64,000 bases of DNA from an uncultured Acidobacteriota bacterium (GCA_963804995.1 CAWDSK010000003.1:1440001-1504000); one strand, 5' to 3'. Positions 39,915 to 49,216 are shown, counted from the first letter of the stretch. The notes: generated from the letters alone by a model not told the origin. Numbers and translations are program-made.

Positions 39915-41358
39915 ATGAAGGGCCAAGCGATCGGTGAACATGCGGACATTGCGTTGAGAATGCTTACACTTCCGCAAATTGAAAAAATTCATCAGGCGAC
40001 GCTCGATATTCTGGAGCGGACTGGGGTCCAGGTGCGTGATGCTGAGGCACTCGCGCTCTTGAAACGAGCGGACGCGAGCATCGAGGGCGAGCGGGTTCGC
40101 ATGCAAGCCCAGCTTGTGGAACGCGCCCTTCGGACGGCCCCGCGAAGCATCCCGATTTACAACCGCAGCGGTGAACCGGCCATGTGTCTTGAAGGTTGGA
40201 AATCCTATTTTGGCACGGGGTCTGACTGCCCCAGCGCGATCGACCCGGATACAAACGCGCATCGACCGAGCACCAAGGCCGATGTCGGCCGCATCGCGCA
40301 ACTCTGCGATAAGTTGCCCAACATCGACTTCTGTATGTCGATGGGCATTGCTTGGGACGTCAGCACGGTGACGAGTTTTGTGCACCAGTTTGACGCCATG
40401 GCACGCCACACCTCGAAACCTTTGGTCTACACCGCTCAGGACGTAGACGAACATGCGCGACATCCTGGGGCTCGCTGAGATCGTCGTGGATGGCGGCAGC
40501 CGTGAGCTTGAGGAGCGTCCCCGCTACATTCATTACAATGAGCCGATCAGCCCCTTGCACCACAGTCCCAACGGGTTGGCCAAGCTCCTGTTCTGCGCCG
40601 AGCATAAGATTCCGATGATCTACATCGGCAGCCCCATGATGGGAGCCTCCGCGCCCGCGACCATGGCGGGGTGTATCGCTTTGGCGAATGCGGAAGCGCT
40701 GTCGGGTCTGGTGATTCATCAGATGAAGAATCCGGGCGCTCCGTTTGTGTTCGGCGCTGACGCCACGCTGATGGACATGCGCACCGCCATCTTTGCTTAT
40801 GGCGCGCCGGAATTGCAGATCATGAACATCGCCTTCGCTGATCTTGCGCACCACTATCATTTGCCCTTCTTCTGCATTGCGGGGGCCACGGATTCCAAGG
40901 TGCTGGACGCTCAGGCCGGAGCGGAAATGGCGGCCTCCCTGCTGGTGAGCGCGCTCAACGGCTGCAACCTGATTCACGACGTGGGGTATTTGGAAAGTGG
41001 ACTGTGCTGCTCGATTGAAAGCGTGGTCATGGCAGATGAGATTATCGGCATGGTCAAACGCTACCGCAGCGGGTTCGAGATCAGCTCCGAGACGCTGGCT
41101 CTGGACATCATCGACGAGGTCGGCCCGCAAAAGGATTACCTCGGCCACGCGCACACAGCCGAGCATTTCCGGAAAGAGGCGTGGTATCCCGAAGTGTTTG
41201 ACCGCGGGAGGTATGAAAGCTGGTTGGAAACCGGAGGCGAACCCATCGAGGCGCCGCTTCGCAGGAGGGCGCTCAAACTTCTTGCCACCGCCGAGCCGCA
41301 GACCTTTACAACGGGTCAAATGGTAGCAATGGAGCATATTCTGACGCAAAGAGGTTAA
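39915..41358 (+). pseudogene. MttB-superfamily (trimethylamine methyltransferase-like, non-pyrrolysine) gene with +1 frameshift at ~40450
   Basis: IEKIHQATLDILERTGV; ISPL, MGASAP.TMAG, NAEALSG, DMRT, GAPE, TDSK..DAQAG.E, GYLESG; split into ORFs 39915-40478 and 40453-41358. Confidence 0.85.
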
Positions 41359-41404
41359 TATTGGGGATCTATCCCTAAGCCCAAAAGTACCCGAAACCTG
41401 GAAC

Positions 41405-41665
41405 CTAACCCCTTTTATTTTCATAAACATCTTAGAAAGCCAACTATAACTATCGTATTTTCAATAATATGGTAGAAAGCCGAAAATCAGACATTTTTTC
41501 TATACTTGTTTTCAACAACATAGTTAAACATACCTTCATTTTTACCCCCCGCGTTTTGGATCCCCCAAGCCGACCCATCCTGCTAACTGGTTTAATTGCA
41601 ATGGCTTGACAATTTTGGCAAGTCACCGTGAATTCTACTAAGCGCCTTTATTATCATCAACATAG
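41405..41665. repeat. AT-rich element with repeated TTT(A/G)TTTTCA-NN-AACAT units
   Basis: Units at 41414, 41454, 41505 and 41647; related element at 53955-54100. Confidence 0.65.
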
Positions 41666-41825
41666 TCTGAGGAAAACTTTTCCCTTTCCCGCCATAACAT
41701 TTCAAACCACTTCTTCCCCCACCCCATTTCCCAGCCACGAATCCCACATCTCTAAAGCTTCCATCCTATGTTGGTGGCTTTTGCGTGGGCCGATAGTGGT
41801 GTCATTTACTGTGCCACGGGCGGGA

Positions 41826-41959
41826 GAAGCTGTGAAAGAATCCCTGAACGAACAAAAGCATCTCGCGCCGAGACGCAGAGGCGCAGAGAAAACAAATCAG
41901 TTATTAAATCTCTGCGCCTCAGCGGCTCTGCGCGAGATTATCTATTTTTTCACAGCTTC
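41826..41959. mobile_element. MITE-like element with gaagctgtgaaa terminal inverted repeats
   Basis: gaagctgtgaaa ... tttcacagcttc; related copy at 48231-48353. Confidence 0.65.
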
Positions 41960-42199
41960 GGACGCCCGTGGCACTTCCTAATGACACCACCACCCACCGG
42001 GCTCGCAAAAAAGTTGGAATCTCCCATTCTCCCCATGAACTGCGCGTTGGGAAGTGTGAGCCTGATTTCCCCAGCAAGTTTCGGGTACCTCGGTGGCGGA
42101 CTGCCTCGCAACAAAACAATTCTCCACTTAATAGCCTAACAGGGGCCCGGCCATTGTCAAGAGAGATATCTATACATGGGCTACCGGTAGCCCAAATCG

Positions 42200-42319
42200 T
42201 AAAGGAGGAGCGGGAACGATCAGGGCGTGCCAGTGGTCCGGCATGAATACGTAACCGGTAAGGAGGAACTTCCCACGTGTACGTACGCCCCTAATCGCAC
42301 CCGCCAGGCCCTTCGCCAT
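42200..42319 (-). pseudogene. Fragment of a REP-associated tyrosine (Y1/HUH) transposase
   Basis: Translates ...RGKFLLTGYVFMPDHWHALIVP, matching the YVxMPDHxH signature. Confidence 0.75.
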
Positions 42320-42480
42320 AGGGGGAGTCGCCGCGGCGACCCGTCCCCTGGTTCTGCTGCACCATGCGGAACGCCGGGTAGGGCAACCTGTCCCGACGAA
42401 GTCGGGAGCCCTACCCCTACATCGCGTAGTCGCATTCACCCGTTCGAGCGGCGCCTGAGGTGGTGTGACCCGGAGGTGGC
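42319..42480. repeat. ~160-bp REP-containing direct repeat, copy 1 (copy 2 at 43194-43351)
   Basis: gcggaacgccgggtagggcaacctgtcccg.cgaagtcgggagccctacccctacatc...gtgtgacccggaggtggc. Confidence 0.85.
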
Positions 42481-42617
42481 AACGTATCGCAACGGGTCCA
42501 TCTTGAATCATTGGCGAGGACGGAGCTTTCCAACCTGAAAAGCGAAACGCCCGGCATCTTCCGCTGACCTGTTCAACGGAGTTGCTTCGGAGCTGCTTTT
42601 CCCGTATTCTGGGAGCC

Positions 42618-42857
42618 ATGGAAATACATTTCACCCCCGAGCAGGAAGCGCAGCTTGCGCAAATCGCCAGTGATGCAGGCACCGACGCCGAGCAGTTAGC
42701 GAAGGGTGCCGTATTGCGTCTGCTTGCGGGAGATACTGGTTTCCGTGCAGTACCTCCCGGCAGTGTGGTTGCCGAGATGCGTGCGTTACGCGCCCGCGTC
42801 AAACCTGACCCCGAAGGCTGGACAACGCGCGATTACGTCCACTACGGTCGCCGCTAG
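42618..42857 (+). CDS. Antitoxin partner of a PIN toxin (VapB-like)
   Basis: MEIHFTPEQEAQL...RDYVHYGRR; abuts the PIN gene (TAG-ATG). Confidence 0.7.
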   Translation: MEIHFTPEQEAQLAQIASDAGTDAEQLAKGAVLRLLAGDTGFRAVPPGSVVAEMRALRARVKPDPEGWTTRDYVHYGRR

Positions 42858-43067
42858 ATGCCTCTGGTCGTCGATGCTTCCGTTGCCCTTGCCTGGGCTT
42901 TGCCCGATGAAAGCAGCGCCTATGCCGACGCCGTTTTAGCCGTCGCTGAGCGGGAAGGTTTACGTGTCCCCGAGCTTTGGGCGCGGGAAAGACTGACCCT
43001 TGCCACTCTCGATACGGCGATGCGCAAGGCTGCCGAACAATCCGGGGTGACGATTTTCCGGCAGTAA
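42858..43067 (+). pseudogene. vapC: VapC/PIN toxin with internal in-frame deletion
   Basis: N-terminal VVDASVALAW..PDE joins C-terminal LATLD..MRKAA in only 69 aa. Confidence 0.75.
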
Positions 43068-43071
43068 GCAG

Positions 43072-43163
43072 GTAGCTATCACGGTCAATTCGCCTTTGGA
43101 TTTGACCGTCGGTTCGTCGTCGAAGGAAAAGCGCACCTTCACGAAAGTATTGACCGTGGCTAC
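43072..43163. repeat. ~90-bp REP-like element (gtagc..cacggtcaa...ttgaccgtggctac); second copy at 43346-43433
   Basis: Direct comparison of the two copies. Confidence 0.8.
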
Positions 43164-43441
43164 GCGCTATTTGGTGATCGAGTTGCTCAAGGCGTAGGGG
43201 GACGGCTCGCCGCCCCCTGGTTCCCCATTCACCTTGCGGAACGCCGGGTAGGGCAACCTGTCCCGGCGAAGTCGGGAGCCCTACCCCTACATCTCGTACT
43301 TGCCTTCACCGGTTCGAACGGCGCCTGAGGCTGTGTGACCCGGAGGTGGCCACGGCCAATTCGTCTTGGGAATTGACCGTAGGTTCGTCATCGAAGGAAA
43401 AGCTTACGGCCACATAAGCAGTGACCGTGGCTGCCTGCCGG

Positions 43442-43786
43442 CTACGGTTCATTTAGGAGCGATTGCACTTCGCGGCGCAGGGTGGGCAGATTGGTTTCAA
43501 GGACGCCCCAAACCACTTCATCGGAGACGAAAGCGTAACCATGAATCAGCCGGTTGCGAAAGGCGACGATCCGGCGGCAGTCGCTAACATGCTGAGTGAG
43601 GTCAGGGTACAGGCGGAGGGCTTGATTGAGGGCCTCCCCCATGATTTCGAATTGTCGCTCCACCGCCGATCTCAGAAGAGCGTCCGCAGTATAGTCAGTA
43701 AAGGCTTTACCACGCGTGAACTGAGTGAGCAGGTCACAAGCCTGAGCGATATCGAACAGGTACTTGCGCACTTCAAGCGGCAACAT
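43442..43786 (-). CDS. HEPN (DUF86/HepT-like) toxin
   Basis: AVERQFEIMGEA, RNRLIHGY (R-x4-H-x-Y). Confidence 0.9.
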   Translation of the reverse strand: MLPLEVRKYLFDIAQACDLLTQFTRGKAFTDYTADALLRSAVERQFEIMGEALNQALRLYPDLTQHVSDCRRIVAFRNRLIHGYAFVSDEVVWGVLETNLPTLRREVQSLLNEP

Positions 43787-44084
43787 AAAGCTGTACCTGG
43801 GTCTTTTCGATCGCCTGCCGAAAATAGGGATTGCGAATCGGGCCGGGTTCAATTAACTCAATGGGCACGCCAAAAAGCCGCTCCAGGTCCTCTTGCAGTC
43901 CAAAGAAATTGTCCGCATGCTGACCAGGACGTACCGGCTGGAACTCGACAAGGAAATCAAGGTCGCTGGACGCGGGGTCGAACCCACCGCTCGCTGCCGA
44001 GCCAAACAGAGCCAGGCGACGCACGCCGCGGTTGTTGCACAGCGCCACCAGATCCTTGAGCTTTTCTTGCACAACCGCCGTCAT
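43773..44084 (-). CDS. MNT nucleotidyltransferase antitoxin
   Basis: LFGSA...SDLDFLVEF, NPYF; overlaps the HEPN gene start. Confidence 0.9.
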   Translation of the reverse strand: MTAVVQEKLKDLVALCNNRGVRRLALFGSAASGGFDPASSDLDFLVEFQPVRPGQHADNFFGLQEDLERLFGVPIELIEPGPIRNPYFRQAIEKTQVQLYVAA

Positions 44085-44352
44085 CGCTCCCTCTTTCCCT
44101 ATCATACCTCAGTTCGCGGCATGAATATTGTTTTGCCAAGGGTTCGCTGCCAGAAATAACAAACGTGGCGCGGACCTGTTTTGTGAGCCCACGGCACTCG
44201 GGCGTAACCGAACCGAAAGCCGCAGAGCTTGAAATGCGGCTCTGATGTTATGAAAGCGGCGATGCCTCCTCGGGTGCCGCTAAACTGGAGGTGGTCCAGT
44301 TTAGCGGGCCCTCGGGTTCAGACCGAGAGTTTTGCATCGAGGAGACAAAGCG

Positions 44353-45453
44353 ATGAAGAAGAGTATAACGCCCATTGGAACGCCGGTGGGAGTGGATGTT
44401 CACAAGCGTCGTTGCCAGGTGGTGGAGCTTGATCACGGAGAGATTAAGGCACGGAAGTCGATCGCCAACACGCGGGAGGAGTGGCTGGAGATGTTGACGG
44501 AACTTCCTCCCGACGCCGAGATCGGCCTGGAGGTGAGCACGGCAGGCTACTTTGCCATGAGCGTGCTGGAAGAGGCGGGGTGGCGAGGGCGCGCGCACTG
44601 GGTGCACACGGCGGGGATCGACAGCAACCGCCGGCAGAAGAATGATCGTTTAGATGCCGAGCGGCTGGCGCGCAAGCTCGCCGCGCACCATCTGGATCCA
44701 CTGCCGGAGGCGTGGTTTCCGCCGCCGGAGATTCGCGCCCTGCGTCTGCGCGCACGCCAGCGCTGCTGGTTGGCCCTGCTGCGCACCAAAGCCAAGAATC
44801 ACCTGCAAAGCTTGCTGGGGATGCATGGCTTGCAGGCGCCGGGGACCGACCCGTTCGGAGCGGCCGGGGAGAAGTGGCTGGCGGAACAGACCTTGCCGAT
44901 GCCCTTGGGCGAAAGCATCCCTCAGATCCAACGCCTGCTGCAGTTCCTGGAGGAGGAGATCGGAATCAGTGAGAAGTACTTGCAGGCGGTGGACGGACAA
45001 TTCCCCGAGTTGGCGCTGCTGCGCACAATCCCCAGCATCGGCCCCATCCTGTCCCCGGTGATTTGGAGTGAGATCGGCACGATCGAGCGGTTTCGTTCCG
45101 CCAAGGCCTTGGCCAACGCTACGGGGCTCGTCTCCAGCTTTTACGACAGCGGGGAAGTGAAGGTGTCGGGTCCCATCACCCGCCAGGGATCGCGCTGGCT
45201 GCGCTGGGCCTTCGTCACCGCCGCCCATGTCGCGATTCCATACCCCCATCCTTTCGCGCGGCGCTACCACCGCCTGCGCCGCAGCAAGAAACCCAACGTG
45301 GCCAAGGCCGCCATCGCGCACTCCTTGGCGCGTTGTGCGTATGGAGTTTTGAAGCACGGCTGCCCTTATCGGGAAGACCGTTGGGGCCGCCAAGTCGGCG
45401 TACTGGAGCAGGAAGCCCGTGCTGGCGCTAGGTACACCAAGACCGCGCTCTGA
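44353..45453 (+). CDS. IS110-family transposase/recombinase
   Basis: RuvC-like GVDVHK, GLEVS, KNDRLDA; TIPSIG; YDSG catalytic Ser region; ITRQGSRWLRWA. Confidence 0.95.
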   Translation: MKKSITPIGTPVGVDVHKRRCQVVELDHGEIKARKSIANTREEWLEMLTELPPDAEIGLEVSTAGYFAMSVLEEAGWRGRAHWVHTAGIDSNRRQKNDRLDAERLARKLAAHHLDPLPEAWFPPPEIRALRLRARQRCWLALLRTKAKNHLQSLLGMHGLQAPGTDPFGAAGEKWLAEQTLPMPLGESIPQIQRLLQFLEEEIGISEKYLQAVDGQFPELALLRTIPSIGPILSPVIWSEIGTIERFRSAKALANATGLVSSFYDSGEVKVSGPITRQGSRWLRWAFVTAAHVAIPYPHPFARRYHRLRRSKKPNVAKAAIAHSLARCAYGVLKHGCPYREDRWGRQVGVLEQEARAGARYTKTAL

Positions 45454-45960
45454 TAGGGACCTGCTCCCGAACAACCTCATGGGGACCAGGACAACCTGGC
45501 TAGCCCGTAGAGATGAAAGGGACCGAACCGACTCAGCAAACTCGCATGGCAAGAGCAAGAACCCAACGCCCACGGGGCCGTGCTTCATCCCCGGCAGGCG
45601 GCGGGGAGCCAACCCTCCCCGCCCCCCGGGCTCTACATAAAGGAGGAACGACTATAACTTGGAATAATTCTATAAGATAATACGTACAGAATGGCAGCCG
45701 ACGGCGAAGTCGGCAACCCGCCACTTTGCCGATGGGGTCCGGCGCGTTTTTCAGGCATGGGGAAGCTGTGCCCAGAGCTTGGGAGGGGGGCGACCGCAGG
45801 CCGCCCCGGCGTCGTTTCCATCAGCCTCCGACCGGCTATTCCTCAGCGGGTTGCTCGCCAGCAGAGCCCGCCTCCGCTTCACCGGCTGCAGGCCATTCTG
45901 AAGTCGAAGGGGGAAGTTTGTCAAAGGCAATTAAGAAATTCAAAAAATCGGCTTGACACG
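45454..45960 (+). ncRNA. Putative bridge/seek RNA-encoding region of the IS element
   Basis: Downstream position as in IS1111-type elements; contains AGAGATGA (45509-45516), identical to the predicted circle junction. Confidence 0.45.
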
Positions 45961-46004
45961 GCATCGCGGTTTCAGAGATGCGCCAGCCCGCCAGCAGAAA
46001 GTTC

Positions 46005-46033
46005 TTGACAGTAACAAACGTAAGTAGTAGGTT
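46005..46033 (+). promoter_or_regulatory. Sigma70-like promoter for the blaI/blaR1-like pair
   Basis: TTGACA-17 nt-TAGGTT; spacer resembles a degenerate BlaI box. Confidence 0.55.
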
Positions 46034-46054
46034 CACACACGGAGATAGTAGGGT

Positions 46055-46441
46055 ATGGCGCTACCTAAGTTGACAAGACTGGAATTGCAGATCATGGAAG
46101 CCCTCTGGGATCGGGACCGGGCCTCGATCCGGGAGATTCAGGAAACATTTCCTGCCAACGATAGGCCCGCGTATACGACCGTACAGACCACCGTGTACCG
46201 CTTGGAAGCCAAAAAAGCGGTCCGCCGAGTCAGGAAGATCAGCAACGCACACATCTTTGAAGCCGTGGTATCGCGCAACGCAGCGCAACGCAGACTCATC
46301 GATGATCTGCTGGGATTGTTTGGCGGTCGGACACAGCCGATCATGGCGCACCTGATCGAATCCGGCAAGCTCACCCTCGACGATGTCCGGGAAGCGGAGA
46401 GATATCTCCGCGCACTTGCGAGGAAGGGCGAATCGCGATGA
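46055..46441 (+). CDS. BlaI/MecI/CopY family repressor
   Basis: LTRLELQIMEALW, AYTTVQT.V.RLE.K, LFGG. Confidence 0.92.
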   Translation: MALPKLTRLELQIMEALWDRDRASIREIQETFPANDRPAYTTVQTTVYRLEAKKAVRRVRKISNAHIFEAVVSRNAAQRRLIDDLLGLFGGRTQPIMAHLIESGKLTLDDVREAERYLRALARKGESR

Positions 46442-48145
46442 TCAATGCACTCTCGTCGGTGACGTGGATGGTCCTGGGGCCCTTCGCCAACCATCTTTGG
46501 CAATCGACTCTTTGTGCTGTCGTGGCAGGTCTGGTGACCCTCGCACTAAGAAGCAACCGCGCCCAGGTTCGTTACTGGCTCTGGCTCATTGCAACCGTCA
46601 AGTTCCTAGTACCCTTTGCGTTGTTGATTTGGGTCGCCAGCCACCTGGCGTTCCGCTCCGCTCCCACAGTCCCGCAACCTGGCCTGTCCTTTGCGGTGCA
46701 AGAGATCACCCAACCTTTCGCCTCACCCGTTGCTCCATCCCCGGGTGCTCAATCCGCTCCCGACCAGGTCGCGGTTAATCCGATTCGGGCCCTTTTATTG
46801 GTTGTGTGGTTTTGTGGATGCGTCGCTGTCCTATTTAACTTGTGCGTGCGTTGGCGGCGGGTCAATACAGCGGTCAAAGCAAGTCTTCCATTGCAGGAAG
46901 GCCGTGAAGTCGAGGCCCTTCATCGTTTTCGTTCGACCGCCGGAATACAGAACAAAATCGACCTGCGGTCCTCTCCCGCACATTTGGAGCCTGGGGTCCT
47001 CGGAATCTGGCGACCAGTTTTGCTCCTGCCCGCAGGCATCTCAGAGCGCTTGGCGGATGACCAGTTGGAGGCAATTATCGGACACGAGGCCTGTCATGTC
47101 CGCCGTCGCGACAACTTGGCCTCAGCAGTTCAGATGGCAGTGGGAGCCATCTTCTGGTTCTACCCTTTAGTGTGGTGGATGGGAAGGCGTCTTATTGACG
47201 AACGAGAGCGTGCCTGCGACGAAGAGGTGTTGCGACTGGGCTGCAAACCGCAGGTATACGCTGAAAGCATCCTGCACGTCTGCAAGTACTACCTGGAGTC
47301 ACCCCTGGTCTGTGTGGCCGGGGTAACTGGCTCAGATCTTAAGAAGCGTATGGAGAGAATTATGAATCATCGTGTCCCGAAGAAGCTGGATTTTGCGCGA
47401 AAGCTATTGCTCGTTGCCGTCGGGACAGCACTGTTTGCCGTCGTGATGGCTTGTACTAACCAGTTCCGTGACGAGTTTTCTGGGAAGTTAAAACCGGGTT
47501 GGCAATGGATCGACCCCCGAGGCGATAGTTCGATGAGCCTGGACGCACGCGACGGATTCCTGCGAATCACAGTCACCGGTTATCACGATCTATGGCCGGC
47601 GAATCGCAACTTTAACGCCCCCAGACTAATGCGTAAGGTAGAGGGAGATTTCATAATAGAGACGAAGATAGCTGGCCCGAGCCGCTGGTGTGGGGGCCTT
47701 CTAGTGTGGAAAGATGAGAACAATTACGTGCGGTTTGATCGCGGGATTCATTTTAGGAACGAATTGAGCCTCGAGAGTGCTATCAATGGAAAGTTTAAGT
47801 CCCTGGCCCGCGATTATGCAGCCGGTGATCCTACGTGGTTGCGCGTGGCACGCAAGGGATCAACGTTCACAGCAGCCTACAGTTTTAATGGTGTCGAGTG
47901 GCTGCCGCTGAAACGCCTCTGGACCTTGTTTGGGTTTAAAAAACAGCCCCCGGCAGGTCGAGGACGGCCGGAGCATGTTAGCAGAGGAAGATCTCATCTT
48001 TGAGCCGGGTGTGAGTTCCACTGAAATGACTGCAGACGGTCCCCTCCTGGTCGGTGTCAGCGGGCTCGTCCCCGCGGTTGCCCCCCCGATAGGGCTGAAG
48101 CAGACGGTGACGGACTACGATTACTTCGCGATTCTCAAACCGTGA
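46438..48145 (+). CDS. BlaR1-like M56 peptidase with C-terminal DUF1349/ConA-like sensor, apparent +1 frameshift at ~47940
   Basis: NHLWQST, HEACH, ERERACDE, LKKRMERIM; C-terminal DEF....PGWQW, NAPRL; final strands LLVGV...DYF lie in ORF 47930-48145. Confidence 0.82.
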
Positions 48146-48404
48146 TCTCGGGTGTGGGGTTACCTAAACGGTGTGTCTACTGCTTTCGCACTTTTTCTGG
48201 TATCTCCGTTTGGGGCGCAGACTTTGATTCGAAGCCGTGAGGTAATAGACCCTTCTCACCAAAGAGGCGCGGAGGCACGGATATTTGAAGAGCGAAGGCC
48301 TTTTCTCTGTGTCTCCGCGCCTCTGCGTTTGAGATAGCAATCCCTCACAGCTTGAAAAACCCGAGAGCCGTCATTTGCCCGACCTGTTCCCCACGGAAGC
48401 GGAG

Positions 48405-48716
48405 TTACATGTGGGTATCGCTTGCGCCTGCGGCCTTGAGGGTTTGGATAAAGTCCTCCGCCGGGGCGAAATCAATCCCGCGCTGCTCGATCAGCTTGGC
48501 GCCCGACTCGTCTCCGAATCCGTCCCGCACGATGTTACTGACCTGCTCCTGGGTAAAAGGCTTTGCCGGGCTGGAGATCGCTGTCGTAGCGCTGACCTTG
48601 AGGTCAGCACATGCCGACCTGAAGGTCGGCGCTACAATTTTCTGGTGCGCCCTCAGGGGCAGCGTCAGAATCATGGGTATGACGAGGATGAGCAGGAATA
48701 ATCGGGGCCGCATCGG
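48405..48716 (-). pseudogene. Truncated secreted protein N-terminus with an in-frame REP insertion
   Basis: Signal peptide, then KPFTQEQV...IEQRGIDF.P..DF...LK.AGA and an early stop; palindrome at 48586-48635 lies inside the frame. Confidence 0.6.
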
Positions 48717-49106
48717 CACCTCCCGAAAGCGGGAATCGAACGACGTGTGGGCATTCTACCACGGGAGGTTCACGCATTCTGATTCCTGCACCAGGGCTCC
48801 GCCAGACAGGTTGAAGAGACCCCTCACTCGCCCTCCTACGTCGGGCACGAAGGAAGACTGCAGGATGCGGAGAGAGTGTATGCAAATTTGGAAGCGGAGA
48901 TCGATCGCCTCAAGCCGGAGATGGAATCCCTGGTGAGCGGCGGAATGGCTTCCGGCTCCTTGGTGCTGCATGGCGTCGGGCATTCATAGACCGCGCTTCC
49001 CCGCCCCGCCCGCCCTTCACCTCACAAGTGAGGGGCCCGGCTGAGGGCCAACACTCTTCACTTGGTTGTTGTCACGGATTAGGAAATCTAATTGCGGGCG
49101 AAGCCC

Positions 49107-49216
49107 GCTTTGGACTGCGGTAGCAGCAGCTACCGCTTTGCTTTCCACTCGCCTTGCACATTTGCCGTATGGACTGAAAGCGGAAGGCGGTAGCTGCTGC
49201 GACCGCAGTCCAAAGC
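49107..49216. repeat. REP-like inverted repeat, same family as 4097-4203
   Basis: gctttggactgcggtagcagcagctaccgc ... gcggtagctgctgcgaccgcagtccaaagc. Confidence 0.85.

Larger units (their letters stand above)
44245..45980 (+). mobile_element. IS110-family element, IS1111-like
   Basis: Imperfect subterminal IRs tgaaagcggcgatgcc (44251) and ggcatcgcggtttca (45960-45974); TG at both junctions; removal restores gcagagc...gctctgcgccagcc; long 3' non-coding end. Confidence 0.8.

Noticed and set aside
39915..41358. Pyrrolysine read-through in the MttB-like gene
   Set aside because: The break is a frame change, not an in-frame TAG.
42133..42160. Minus-strand TTGACA-16-TAGGCT promoter-like motif
   Set aside because: No credible downstream gene or RNA could be identified.
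42170..42802. 210-aa ORF as an intact transposase
   Set aside because: Only ~40 codons resemble RAYT; the rest is translated repeat and antisense antitoxin sequence.
42319..43433. Repeats around the TA genes as integron attC sites
   Set aside because: No clear RYYYAAC/GTTRRRY ends, no integrase, and cassettes are in mixed orientation; they fit REP-like elements better.
47930..47945. Programmed -1 frameshift at GGGTTTAAAAAAC
   Set aside because: The continuation is in the +1 frame, so a -1 slip would not join the ORFs.
48850..48990. Plus-strand stretch reading like a protein C-terminus (LQDAERVYANLEAEIDRLKPE...)
   Set aside because: No start or recognisable family; too short to support.
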